A DNA stretch of 64,000 nucleotides from Bacteroides sp. (GCA_017630035.1 JAGBWA010000062.1:39355-103354); one strand, 5' to 3'. Shown: positions 1 through 11,281, counted from the first letter of the stretch. Notes: a model not told the origin generated them from the letters alone. Translations and numbers: made by a program.

Positions 1-1773
1 AGCCAACAATTGGCGTTGTGTGCGATCTTTTTGACGATTAACAAGGTCGACAAACACATCGCTTGTCTCTTCGCTAAATTGTTGTGGATAGGTGTTCAAC
101 TTATAAGCCGGCACATCTTGCAATGTAATTGGGAAAGTGAAAGGAAGTTTGCCCGATGGAGAAACCTCGCCAAGCAACACATCAGCCAAAGCTAAACCAC
201 CCATTGAGCCATTAAACCACGACACGAGCATTGCGTCGGAAATAGGTTCGATAGGATAAAGTTCGATGGGTGCACCAGTTACTAATACGGTAACAAGATT
301 AGGATTAGCTTGCTTCAAAGCGGCGGCAAGTTGAGCTTGTCCCATGGGCAAAGCAATGTTATCTCGGTCGGAGCCTTCGGTTTCAATTTCACGATTATTA
401 CCTGCTACGAAGATTACCAAATCCGACTCAGCAGCTAAAGCTACGGCCTCCTTCATCAATTCTTTATCAGCCTCTTGAATAGGCGAAATACCTCTATAAC
501 GTTCCATGCGAGTATAAGTGGGATATCCTTGTGCATAGCGCACCTCGGCCTTATCGCCAATGCGTTGCAACAAGCCTTCGAGCGGTGTAATTTCCACCAA
601 AGCCTTCACACCTGCACCTACGCCACCTTGCGCTTGCTTGGCCACGGCATTAGCACCAATAACGGCAATTTTCTTTGACTTATTCAAGTCGATTGGAAGC
701 AATTGATTCTTGTTCTTCAGCAATACGATAGAGCGCTTAGCCACTTCGTAAGCGGTTTGTTGTTGTTCGGGTTGCGATGCCATCTCTTTGTTTGCTTCGC
801 TTGCCGGTATAGGCTCGATGGCTAAACGCACACGCAAGATATTGCGCACACGTTTGTCAATAATACTTTCGGAAATTACACCTGCCTTAACCGAGTCGAG
901 CAATGCCTGACCAAGATATTGAGAACCTGGCATTTCCACCTCCAAACCATTAACGGCGGCTTGCACAGAGTGTGTACCTCCCCAATCGGAAATAATCATA
1001 CCTTTGAATCCCCACATATCGCGCAAAATCTCTTCTTGAAGCATGTAATTTTCCGAGCACCAATAGCCAGCAACCTTATTGTAAGCGGCCATCACACCGT
1101 ATGCGTCAGCTTTGCGAACAGCATCTTCGAACGGGCGAAGGTAGAGTTCGTGCATTGCACGAGGAGAGACTTGTACGTCCACATATCCACGATGATTTTC
1201 TTGATTGTTCAGTGCGTAGTGCTTCAAACAAACGGCTACACCATTATCTTGCACACCTTTTGTATAGCCTACGGCCAATGCACCCGCCAACAAGGGGTCT
1301 TCGCTGAAATATTCGTAAGTACGTCCACCGGTAGGTATGCGTTGAATATTGATAGCAGGGCCAAGAATCATATCCTTACCACGACGACGAGCTTCCTTAG
1401 CCATGCCTTCGCCATAAAGGTAAGCCATATCTGTACTCCATGTAGCAGCTAAAGCCGAACCAGTAGGGAAGAATGTAGCCGAATCGGTAGCTAAATTCAA
1501 TGGATTCCAACTATGCGGCTCCATCTCTTCGCGAATACCGAAAGGACCATCAGCATACTCCATATCGGCTATTCCCAAGCGCTCAACACCTGCTGATGAA
1601 AACATATTCTTTCCATGCAGCATGTTCACTTTCTCTTCGAGCGTCATCTCATTAATAATCTCTGTTATACGGGCTTCGTTCTTCATCAAAGCCGATTCGG
1701 GTTGTTTTTCACCCGAGCTACAAGCACATAACATGCATGTCGATGCTAATAAAAGGTAGTGTAACTTCTTCAT
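1..1773 (-). CDS. GH3 beta-glucosidase, probable lipoprotein (3' end runs off the window)
   Basis: Not in the ORF track because it has no stop in the window. Manual translation from ATG at 1773 gives MKKLHYLLLASTCMLCACSS..MTLEEKV..DGPFGIR..FPTGSALAATW..KHYALNNQE..ISDWGG, which are the GH3 motifs including the nucleophile SDW. Confidence 0.9.
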   Translation of the reverse strand, partial: MKKLHYLLLASTCMLCACSSGEKQPESALMKNEARITEIINEMTLEEKVNMLHGKNMFSSAGVERLGIADMEYADGPFGIREEMEPHSWNPLNLATDSATFFPTGSALAATWSTDMAYLYGEGMAKEARRRGKDMILGPAINIQRIPTGGRTYEYFSEDPLLAGALAVGYTKGVQDNGVAVCLKHYALNNQENHRGYVDVQVSPRAMHELYLRPFEDAVRKADAYGVMAAYNKVAGYWCSENYMLQEEILRDMWGFKGMIISDWGGTHSVQAAVNGLEVEMPGSQYLGQALLDSVKAGVISESIIDKRVRNILRVRLAIEPIPASEANKEMASQPEQQQTAYEVAKRSIVLLKNKNQLLPIDLNKSKKIAVIGANAVAKQAQGGVGAGVKALVEITPLEGLLQRIGDKAEVRYAQGYPTYTRMERYRGISPIQEADKELMKEAVALAAESDLVIFVAGNNREIETEGSDRDNIALPMGQAQLAAALKQANPNLVTVLVTGAPIELYPIEPISDAMLVSWFNGSMGGLALADVLLGEVSPSGKLPFTFPITLQDVPAYKLNTYPQQFSEETSDVFVDLVNRQKDRTQRQLLA

Positions 1774-1883
1774 TCGTAATTTACTTAGGATGTTATTTGG
1801 GTGTAAAAATAAGTATTTGCATTAAGACCTACAAACAAAATTAACGACATGCAAAAATTATACCATCTTTTGATAACAAAATA

Positions 1884-1917
1884 TAATGGGGCACACCCTT
1901 CCGAGTATGCCCCATTA
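1884..1917 (-). terminator. Intrinsic terminator after eno
   Basis: Inverted repeat taatggggca...tgccccatta just downstream of the eno stop. Confidence 0.6.
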
Positions 1918-1945
1918 CTATAAAACACTTAATATTTACCGATTG

Positions 1946-3229
<1,284 letters not shown>

Positions 3230-3271
3230 TTAATGTACTATTTGGATAACATTGCCACGAAGGAAAAGTTC

Positions 3272-4435
3272 TTATAGCAACACGATTTCTTCGGGAGCAT
3301 TTGTCAATTTCTCCACACCATCGGGGGTTACAACCCATGTATTTTCAATGCCTAAAGGTCCTACGCCGGGCAATACAATCTTTGGTTCGAGCGCAAACAC
3401 CATGCCAGGCTCAAGTTTAGTAGCAATGCGCGAAGCAATAACAGGCGATTCGTTAATCTCAAGGCCTACACCATGCCCAATGAACAGAGCTTTCTGCTCC
3501 ACGCCCATAAAGTAATCGGCAAAGCCAGCTTGACGCACACGCTCCAAAGCCATTTGATAAAGTTCTTCGCACACCACGCCCGGCTTTACATGGTCTGCAA
3601 TCTCGTTTTGTATATCGATGCACACTTGGTGAGCTTTGTAAGCCTCATCCGATAATGAGCCAATGGCATACACACGACTCATGTCGCTCATGTATCCAAA
3701 GTAATTGCCACCCATATCCACCATAAATGTTTCACCCTCCTTCAGCAAAGAGCCATTTGCACCACCCGGTATCGAAGGGTCTAATCCTTCGCCACCCAAC
3801 GCAAAATCGTAAGGAGAAGGTGTAGCTGCATTATCGCCCGCCAAGAGGCTTCCCATGAAGATTTCCATGCTTTGGCCAAACACGCGGAAGATGCCCAAAC
3901 AACCCGTTTGACGCATCAAGCGCTCCACTTCGATAGACAATTCTCTATCGGTCATTCCTGCACGATACACTTGGGGGATTTGCGCATAAGCATCGGCATG
4001 CAACTTACCCGAACGGCGGAAAAGCTCTACCTCGAATGGCGTTTTAATGCTTCGCGCTTCGCGAACAAGCGCAGTAGCACATGGCAACACCTCTACATTG
4101 GGGAAGCAAGCGGCCAAGCGTTGATACTCACGATAGGTCAATTCATCGCCCTCCAAGGCCAAGCGAGTGGGTGCAGGCAATCCACACTGAGCAATCAACT
4201 CGGGCAATTGCTCTGGCTTACGAATAGAGCGTACATTTTCGCCCACCACCGTATTAGGGCGTTTCACGAACAGGTACGATGGGGCATTTAAGGGGATATA
4301 AAGATAGCCGCTGACCATCGAGCCATTGGCATATATCATATTAACATTGGTAGCTATCAATAGCGCATCAATCTCTTTTTGCAACATTAAGCGGCGGATT
4401 TTATCCCGACGATTTTTCAATTCAATAGAAAGCAT
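3272..4435 (-). CDS. Xaa-Pro (M24) peptidase family protein
   Basis: Creatinase-like N-terminal domain, then D..SD, GHGVGLE.E.P, EPK and GIENT metal-ligand motifs. Confidence 0.9.
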   Translation of the reverse strand: MLSIELKNRRDKIRRLMLQKEIDALLIATNVNMIYANGSMVSGYLYIPLNAPSYLFVKRPNTVVGENVRSIRKPEQLPELIAQCGLPAPTRLALEGDELTYREYQRLAACFPNVEVLPCATALVREARSIKTPFEVELFRRSGKLHADAYAQIPQVYRAGMTDRELSIEVERLMRQTGCLGIFRVFGQSMEIFMGSLLAGDNAATPSPYDFALGGEGLDPSIPGGANGSLLKEGETFMVDMGGNYFGYMSDMSRVYAIGSLSDEAYKAHQVCIDIQNEIADHVKPGVVCEELYQMALERVRQAGFADYFMGVEQKALFIGHGVGLEINESPVIASRIATKLEPGMVFALEPKIVLPGVGPLGIENTWVVTPDGVEKLTNAPEEIVLL

Positions 4436-4587
4436 ATTTTTACTGTTTTACTTATTTCAGGGGACAAAGATAGAAATAATTTATAAATAAATGTGCCGCC
4501 CATACCTTCACAGGCGCGGGCGACACCAACCACAAATACAAATACAACTAAACAAAGTATTATTTTACATGCTCGAAAGCAAATAAT

Positions 4588-5925
4588 CTAAACAATTCCT
4601 TGCGCCATCATGGCATTGGCCACCTTCATGAAGCCAGCAATATTGGCACCTTTCACATAATTAATGTAGCCACTTGGTTCGGTTCCATACTTCACACATT
4701 GCTCGTGAATGCCGTGCATAATGGTGTGTAGCTTTTCGTCCACCTCTTCGGCGCTCCAGCTGATGTGCATAGCGTTTTGGCTCATTTCCAATCCGCTTGT
4801 TGCTACCCCACCAGCATTTACCGCCTTACCTGGTGCATACATTATTTGGTTTTCGATAAACAAATCAATTGCTTCGGGTGTGCATCCCATGTTCGAGATT
4901 TCGCCCACACAAGTCACTTGATTTGCAATCAGGTTGCGTGCATCCTCGCCGTTCAATTCGTTTTGAGTGGCACAAGGCAACGCTATATCCACTTTCACTT
5001 CCCACGGACGTTTACCTGCCACGAAAGTAGCTTCAGGGAATTCGTCTGCATAAGGAGCAACAATATCATTGCCCGATGCACGAAGTTCAAGCATATAATC
5101 AATTTTTTCGCCACTGATGCCTGTTGGGTCGTAGATGTATCCATCAGGACCAGAGATAGTAACAACCTTAGCCCCCAACTCAGTAGCCTTCAGTGCAGCT
5201 CCCCAAGCCACATTGCCAAAGCCTGATATAGCCACGGTTTTACCTTTGATATCGATGCCCTTATGCTTGAGCATATCGTTCACAAAGTATAAACCACCGA
5301 AGCCTGTAGCTTCCGGACGGATGAGCGAGCCACCAAAGTCCAACCCCTTGCCGGTGAATGTGCCGGTAAATTCGCGGGTTAGTTTTTTGTACATGCCAAA
5401 CATATAGCCCACTTCGCGAGCGCCCACACCTATATCTCCGGCGGGCACGTCCATATCCGGACCTAAATGGCGCCACAATTCTAGCATAAAGGCTTGGCAG
5501 AAGCGCATTACTTCGGCTTGGCTCTTTCCGCGCGGTGAGAAGTCCGAACCGCCTTTACCACCGCCCATTGGCAATGTTGTCAATGCATTCTTAAAGGTTT
5601 GTTCAAACCCTAAGAACTTCAAGATAGAAAGGTTTACGGAAGCGTGGAAGCGAATGCCGCCTTTGTAAGGGCCAATGGCATTGTTAAATTGCACACGATA
5701 ACCTAAATTAGTTTGCACTTCGCCCTTATCGTCCACCCATGTAACACGGAAGGTGAAGATGCGGTCGGGTTCTACCAAGCGCTCTATAATCTTAGCTTTT
5801 TCAAACTCGGGGTGTTCATTATAAATATCTTCGATAGACAACAACACCTCTTTAACGGCTTGGAGATATTCCAATTCGCCTGGATGCTTTGCCTCTAATG
5901 AGGACATTATTCGTTCAATATTCAT
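4588..5925 (-). CDS. gdhB: Glutamate dehydrogenase (resembles the NAD-specific Bacteroides GdhB)
   Basis: GPYKGG, GGGKGGSDF, DVPAGDIG, RPEATG and GFGNV motifs. The N-terminus MNIERIMSSLEAKHPGE matches the B. fragilis GdhB type as I recall it. Confidence 0.9.
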   Translation of the reverse strand: MNIERIMSSLEAKHPGELEYLQAVKEVLLSIEDIYNEHPEFEKAKIIERLVEPDRIFTFRVTWVDDKGEVQTNLGYRVQFNNAIGPYKGGIRFHASVNLSILKFLGFEQTFKNALTTLPMGGGKGGSDFSPRGKSQAEVMRFCQAFMLELWRHLGPDMDVPAGDIGVGAREVGYMFGMYKKLTREFTGTFTGKGLDFGGSLIRPEATGFGGLYFVNDMLKHKGIDIKGKTVAISGFGNVAWGAALKATELGAKVVTISGPDGYIYDPTGISGEKIDYMLELRASGNDIVAPYADEFPEATFVAGKRPWEVKVDIALPCATQNELNGEDARNLIANQVTCVGEISNMGCTPEAIDLFIENQIMYAPGKAVNAGGVATSGLEMSQNAMHISWSAEEVDEKLHTIMHGIHEQCVKYGTEPSGYINYVKGANIAGFMKVANAMMAQGIV

Positions 5926-6172
5926 AACTACTCAAATTTAGGTTACTTAGGTTATCAACAAAACGCTGTTAAGAGCATTTTGTTATTAAATAGCACTGCA
6001 AATATAGATATTCTTTTTATACTTCCAATCTTTTTTGCAAATATTTTCTTTCGGGCAGAATAAAAAGTAAGTTTTGTGCGTAAGCATTTTCGCCCAATTT
6101 AATGATAATTTGAAAACAAATAATAAAGTTGGTTGTTATGTTGTTTGTAAAATTAACCAAACCATTAGCTTT

Positions 6173-6673
6173 ATGAAAGATTTAAAAATTTTATTTTTTG
6201 TGATTATGTGCGCTGTTGGGCAGGCATCATTTGCCATCGAAGTGCCTTCCCCTGTAACGAATGCATTTAAGGAAGCGTTTCCCCTAGTAGCCGATGCAGC
6301 ATGGTCGGCCGACGAGGGATATTATGTAGCCACCTTTACGCAAAACGAATTCGAAACCCGTGTTTGGTTCGATGCGCAAGGCCATTGGGTGATGGAGCAA
6401 ATAGATTGGCAAACCCTATCGGAGGCACCATCGGCCATCTTCAATGCTTTTTCGCAAGGCCAATATGCGCAGAACGAGGTGCAAGATGTGGTGCAGATAC
6501 AATATCCCGAGCAGGCCACGTTGGTGGCTATATTAGTGGGCATGCCCAACCAGGAGAATGGCTATATGCTACTCTACAACGAGCATGGCGAACTTATTGA
6601 TAGCAACGAGTTGGCCAACTTCAACCATTGCTTAGGCGCATGCAGCATGCTTCAAGCCACTACTGTTCAATAG
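6173..6673 (+). CDS. Periplasmic PepSY-like/BLIP-like (DUF2874-type) protein
   Basis: Signal peptide, then VP..V..AFK..FP....W...YYVATF...WFD..G.W pattern. Start moved to the ATG at 6173. Confidence 0.7.
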   Translation: MKDLKILFFVIMCAVGQASFAIEVPSPVTNAFKEAFPLVADAAWSADEGYYVATFTQNEFETRVWFDAQGHWVMEQIDWQTLSEAPSAIFNAFSQGQYAQNEVQDVVQIQYPEQATLVAILVGMPNQENGYMLLYNEHGELIDSNELANFNHCLGACSMLQATTVQ

Positions 6674-8096
6674 GCTTCAGCCCCATTTTCGCAGCCTTTT
6701 CCAGCATATACGCCCTTGCGGGTTCGTATTCGTTGGGGATAATGCCATCGAGGATTGCATCTTTGATGGCACTTTTTATAGCGCCCACTTGCTGGCAAGG
6801 CGCCAGGCCAAATGTTTCCATAATCTCTTCGCCGCTGATGGGTGGTTGGAAGTTGCGTATGCGGTCGCGCTCTTCCAGGTCTTTCAGCTTTTGGCGCACC
6901 AGTTGGAAGTTGTTCAAGAAGCGTTGCTTGCGCTCCATGTTCTTCGAGGTAATGTCCGCCTCGCACAGCAGCATCAGGTCGTCTATATCGTCGCTTGCCT
7001 CGAACAGCAGTCGGCGTACGGCCGAGTCTGTTACCTCCTCGTCGGCAATTACTATGGGTCGCATGTGCAAGCTTACCATTTTTCGCACATACTTCATCTT
7101 TTCGTTCATGGGCAGTTTCATGGTGCGGAAGATGTTTGGAATCATCCGTTCGCCCACGAAGTTGTGGTTGTGGAAAGTCCACCCCACTTTGGGTTCCCAG
7201 CGTTTGGTTGCCGGCTTGGCAATGTCGTGCAGCAAGGCCGCCCAGCGCAGCCACAGGTTGTCGGTTTGTTGGCTGATGTTGTCCAGCACCTCCAGCGTAT
7301 GATAGAAGTTGTCCTTGTGCGCCCGTCCATTCTTTGTTTCCACCCCTTGTAGGGCCGACAGTTCGGGGAAGATAAGCGGCAGCAATCCCGAGCGATCCAG
7401 CTCCACGAATCCTTTGGATGGTGTGGGCGAAAGGATAATTTTGTTCAGCTCGTCGGCAATACGCTCTTTCGAGATAATGCCAATGCGCTCCACATTGCGG
7501 CTCAGCGATTCGAACGTTTCATCGTCGATATAGAAATTGAGTTGCGTAGCAAAGCGGATGCATCGCATCATGCGCAGGGGGTCGTCGCTAAAGGTAATAT
7601 CAGGATCGAGTGGTGTGCGAATAATTCGTTCGCGCATATCGGCCATCCCGTCGAAAGGGTCCACCAGCTGGCCATAGCGTGCATTGTTTAGGCACACGGC
7701 CAGTGCGTTGATGGTGAAGTCGCGTCGGTTTTGGTCGTCCTCCAGCGTGCCATTCTCCACAATTGGTTTGCGGCTATCGTGCGTGTACGACTCCTTTCGT
7801 GCGCCCACGAATTCCACCTCTGTGCCTCGATACTTCAGCTGTGCCGTACCAAAGTTTTTGAATACCGACACATGCGCACCCTTGCCCAGTCGTTTGCCCA
7901 GTGCTTCGGCAATGGCAATGCCGCTTCCCACTACCACCACGTCGATGTCCTTCGATGGTCGTTCCAAGAAGATGTCGCGCACATATCCGCCCACTACATA
8001 GCATTCCATGCCCAGCTCGTCGGCTATCTCGCCTATTTGTTTAAATATCTTTTGGCTGAATCGTTCTTTCAGCTCGTCGGGAGTCAATTCTATCAT
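6660..8096 (-). CDS. cca: CCA-adding tRNA nucleotidyltransferase with HD domain
   Basis: VGGYVRD..DID, RRDFTINA, DDPLRM.R and LLHDIAK motifs. Confidence 0.93.
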   Translation of the reverse strand: MIELTPDELKERFSQKIFKQIGEIADELGMECYVVGGYVRDIFLERPSKDIDVVVVGSGIAIAEALGKRLGKGAHVSVFKNFGTAQLKYRGTEVEFVGARKESYTHDSRKPIVENGTLEDDQNRRDFTINALAVCLNNARYGQLVDPFDGMADMRERIIRTPLDPDITFSDDPLRMMRCIRFATQLNFYIDDETFESLSRNVERIGIISKERIADELNKIILSPTPSKGFVELDRSGLLPLIFPELSALQGVETKNGRAHKDNFYHTLEVLDNISQQTDNLWLRWAALLHDIAKPATKRWEPKVGWTFHNHNFVGERMIPNIFRTMKLPMNEKMKYVRKMVSLHMRPIVIADEEVTDSAVRRLLFEASDDIDDLMLLCEADITSKNMERKQRFLNNFQLVRQKLKDLEERDRIRNFQPPISGEEIMETFGLAPCQQVGAIKSAIKDAILDGIIPNEYEPARAYMLEKAAKMGLKPIEQ

Positions 8097-8174
8097 ATAT
8101 TTTTCGTAAGCGGGGACAAAGATACAGATATTATTTCTATTTTTGCCCCCTGAAACAATAAGAACCCTATAAAA

Positions 8175-8999
8175 ATGAAAAATGTACTCCTATTTATCGG
8201 CCTTTGCCTGGCCTGCCTGGCCTGCACAGACGTAGAAAAACAAGCTGCCGAACGACTGAACATGGCTCAACAAGCCTTTGCCGCAGGCGACTATAACGAA
8301 GCCAAACTGCAGATAGACAGCATAAAGATACTCTACCCCAAAGCATACAATGCTCGCAAGGCGGGCATCGGACTGATGCAAGAGGTGGAGCTAAAGGAGC
8401 AAGAAAAGACATTGGCCTACCTGGATAGCCTGCTGAGCACCAAGCAAGCGGAATTCAACGCCATGAAGGGAAAGTTTGTACTGGAAAAGGACCAGGAGTA
8501 CGAAGCCATAGGCCGCTACTTGCACCCATCGCAAGTAATCGAAAAGAACCTGAACCGCTCGTTCCTACGCTTCCAAGTGGACGAACGGGGCGCCATGAGC
8601 ATGACCAGCATCTACTGCGGCAGCCGAAACATTCACCACACTGCCGTAAAAGTGAGCACCAACGACAGCTTTGCGCAAACACCACCATCGGCCGACAGCT
8701 ACGAAACAAGCAACCTGGGCGTGCAGATAGAGAAGGCCGACTATAAACTGGGACAAGACGGCAACGTAATAGGCTTTATCTGCCTGAACAAGGAGAGAAA
8801 CATAAAGGTGGAGTTCGTGGGCGAACGTAGCTACTCCACACAAATGACACAAGCCGACCGCCAGGCAGCCGACTTGGTGTATCGTTTATCGCAAACGCTA
8901 TCGGCTATCACACAGCTAAACAAGGAGATAGACGAGGCGAAGCAAAAGATTGCTTTCATTGAAAAGCGCATGGAAGAGCGCGCTCACCACACTAATTGA
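8175..8999 (+). CDS. Conserved hypothetical lipoprotein
   Basis: Lipobox LAC, helical N-terminus and coiled-coil C-terminus. A TATTTTTG promoter box lies upstream. Confidence 0.75.
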   Translation: MKNVLLFIGLCLACLACTDVEKQAAERLNMAQQAFAAGDYNEAKLQIDSIKILYPKAYNARKAGIGLMQEVELKEQEKTLAYLDSLLSTKQAEFNAMKGKFVLEKDQEYEAIGRYLHPSQVIEKNLNRSFLRFQVDERGAMSMTSIYCGSRNIHHTAVKVSTNDSFAQTPPSADSYETSNLGVQIEKADYKLGQDGNVIGFICLNKERNIKVEFVGERSYSTQMTQADRQAADLVYRLSQTLSAITQLNKEIDEAKQKIAFIEKRMEERAHHTN

Positions 9000-9382
9000 G
9001 GGATGTACTTGCTGACGGTGTTGCGCAACACTTGTATGGTAATGGGCTTCACCAGCACTTCATTGGCACCTGCCTCGAGGGCATTGTCGCGGTCGCTGGC
9101 AAAGGCATAGGCCGTTTGCATCACAATGGGTATCTGCTTGTCCATCTCGCGGATGTTCTTCGTAGCCATCAAGCCATTCATATCGGGCATCTTAATGTCC
9201 ATCAATATCATCTTGGCCTCGCCGCGGTGTTGCTTGTACATCTCTATGATTTCGAGCCCCGTGTGCGCCCAAACCAATTCGCATCGCTTACTAAGGATGG
9301 CCTTAATCAGTTTGAAGTTGCTCTCATCGTCTTCGGCAACAAGCACCAGGGGTTTTATGCTATCGTTCATTGTATTATTCAT
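8984..9382 (-). CDS. Stand-alone response regulator receiver protein
   Basis: LVAEDD, ILMDIKMP, QTAYA and KP motifs. Start is 9382 or 9370. Confidence 0.9.
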   Translation of the reverse strand: MNNTMNDSIKPLVLVAEDDESNFKLIKAILSKRCELVWAHTGLEIIEMYKQHRGEAKMILMDIKMPDMNGLMATKNIREMDKQIPIVMQTAYAFASDRDNALEAGANEVLVKPITIQVLRNTVSKYIPQLVW

Positions 9383-9473
9383 TTTGCTAAATCTATGTAA
9401 AGGTGTTAGGATGTGCAAAGGTAAACATTTCTTTCACATTTTAAGACGCTACTCCTTAAAAAAATATATAAAA

Positions 9474-9505
9474 TTTGCATAAAATTCCATCAAATATTAT
9501 CTTTG
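9474..9505 (+). promoter_or_regulatory. Bacteroidetes primary-sigma promoter for the uORF-czc operon
   Basis: TTTG (9474-9477), 20-nt spacer, TATCTTTG (9498-9505). This fits the -33/-7 consensus. Confidence 0.65.
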
Positions 9506-9525
9506 CGCAGGAAAATACACATAGA

Positions 9526-9930
9526 ATGACGAAACGGAAATACATATCCTATCTATTGCTTTTATTCAGCATGCTGATGTTGACCATACCTGTTATGCCC
9601 CATCATCACCATGCCAACGGCCAGATATGTATGAAGGACGATGTGCATACCGATTGTTGCCATCAGCACAACGACGATGCGAAAGAGCATAATCATGGTT
9701 GTGAAGATACGGGATGCATCACTACACATTTCTTTCAACAACTTCCCTCGAACAACGAACACGAATCGCACATTGTCGATGTTCAACCTGTTGAGTATAT
9801 ATTATCTTATATACCAATTTTATTCGCGCTCGAAAATCCAAAGAACCATATTGATTACGGCTATCGAGAATCGTTACATGACACACGCATTCTGTTTGCC
9901 AAAGGGCTTCGTGCGCCTCCTTGTGTATAA
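9526..9930 (+). CDS. His/Cys-rich membrane-anchored or secreted small protein with C-terminal RAPP motif (DUF6769-like); putative arrest/leader peptide
   Basis: Hydrophobic N-terminus, PHHHH..C, CCHQH, HNHGC...C, ending GLRAPPCV*. It is the first gene of the efflux operon. Confidence 0.8.
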   Translation: MTKRKYISYLLLLFSMLMLTIPVMPHHHHANGQICMKDDVHTDCCHQHNDDAKEHNHGCEDTGCITTHFFQQLPSNNEHESHIVDVQPVEYILSYIPILFALENPKNHIDYGYRESLHDTRILFAKGLRAPPCV

Positions 9931-10003
9931 TACACTTGCATAAAAATAGAGCACTATTGCTTTATTTATATTCCTCTTTTGTAAAATCAAAAAACATATA
10001 AAT

Positions 10004-11281
10004 ATGAAGAAGCATCTCTTTATGGGAGTAATAGGCTTGTTCCTATTAGGCTCCTGCACCGGTAAGCATGCACACCACGACCATGAGGGTCATAACCACG
10101 AAGCGCATGCACACCACGACCACGAAGGTCATAATCATGAACACGAAGGTCATAATCATGAAGGACATCATCATGAAGAGCATCACGACCACGAAGGCCA
10201 TAATCATGAAGGACATCATCATGAACACGAAGGCCATGAACACGCACACGAGGGCCATGGCGATGAAATAGCACTATCGGACAGCAAGGCGCATGCAGCT
10301 GGCGTAGAGGTAGGCGTGGTAGAGCCAAGCTCGTTTCATCAAGTAATAAAATGTAGCGGACAGGTATTGGCCGCACAAGGCAACGAAAGCACCGTAGTGG
10401 CCAGCATTGCGGGCGTGGTGAAGTTTAACGGCAAGCTCACCGAAGGCATGAAGGTGGGTCAAGGCGCCACGCTGATGACACTCTCGGCAAAAAGCATTGC
10501 TGCGGGCGACCCCGTAGAGAAGGCGCGCGTGGCCTACGAAACAGCCAAGGCGGAATACGAACGCATGGAGGCACTTGTGGCAGACAAAATTGTATCGGCC
10601 AAAGCCTTTGCACAAGCAAAAGAGGCGTACGAAAATGCACGCATTGCCTACGAAGCCGTCAGCCGAAACAATGCAGCAAGCGGCACATCCATCACAGCCC
10701 CACTGGGCGGATATGTAAAGAACCTATTGGTGAAGGAGGGCGACTATGTCAGTGTGGGTCAACCCCTGGTAAGCATTACGCAAGACCAACGCCTTTCGCT
10801 CCGCGCCGATGTGCCCCAACGCCACTATCAAGCCCTGAGCAGCATGGAAAGCGCCAACTTCTGCACACCTTATAATAAAGAGGTGTACGAGCTGAAAGCG
10901 CTGAACGGCCGACTGCTGTCGTATGGCAAAAGCGCAAGCGAAAATGGCAACATGATTCCCATAACCTTCGAATTCGATAATCGCGGCAAGGTAATGCCCG
11001 GCTCGTTTGTCGAAGTATATCTCTTAGGCGCTGCACAAGCGGATGCTATAGCCCTACCCCTAACGGCACTGACCGAAGAGCAAGGAAGCTACTACATCTA
11101 CAAGCAAGTGCACCCCGAACGATACATGAAGCAACTCGTCAGCCTGGGCGCATCGGATGGCACACGCGTACAGATTCTATCGGGCGTAAGCGCCGGCGAT
11201 AAGGTTGTGATGCGCGGAGCATATCAAGTGAAACTGGCCAATACAAGCAATGCCATACCGGGGCATAGTCATGAACATTAA
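10004..11281 (+). CDS. Heavy-metal RND efflux periplasmic adaptor (CzcB/CusB-like), lipoprotein
   Basis: Lipobox LGSC, long His-rich linker, lipoyl-type VKEGDYV motif and C-terminal GHSHEH. Confidence 0.92.
   Translation: MKKHLFMGVIGLFLLGSCTGKHAHHDHEGHNHEAHAHHDHEGHNHEHEGHNHEGHHHEEHHDHEGHNHEGHHHEHEGHEHAHEGHGDEIALSDSKAHAAGVEVGVVEPSSFHQVIKCSGQVLAAQGNESTVVASIAGVVKFNGKLTEGMKVGQGATLMTLSAKSIAAGDPVEKARVAYETAKAEYERMEALVADKIVSAKAFAQAKEAYENARIAYEAVSRNNAASGTSITAPLGGYVKNLLVKEGDYVSVGQPLVSITQDQRLSLRADVPQRHYQALSSMESANFCTPYNKEVYELKALNGRLLSYGKSASENGNMIPITFEFDNRGKVMPGSFVEVYLLGAAQADAIALPLTALTEEQGSYYIYKQVHPERYMKQLVSLGASDGTRVQILSGVSAGDKVVMRGAYQVKLANTSNAIPGHSHEH
10067..10262 (+). repeat. Imperfect coding tandem repeat encoding HEGHNH/HEGHHH units
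   Basis: Recurrent cacgaagg(t/c)cataatcatgaa and gaaggacatcatcatgaa units. Confidence 0.85.

Noticed and set aside
919-1452. Plus-strand ORFs of 61-177 aa within 1-1773
   Set aside because: They are antisense shadows of the minus-strand GH3 gene, which has clear catalytic motifs.
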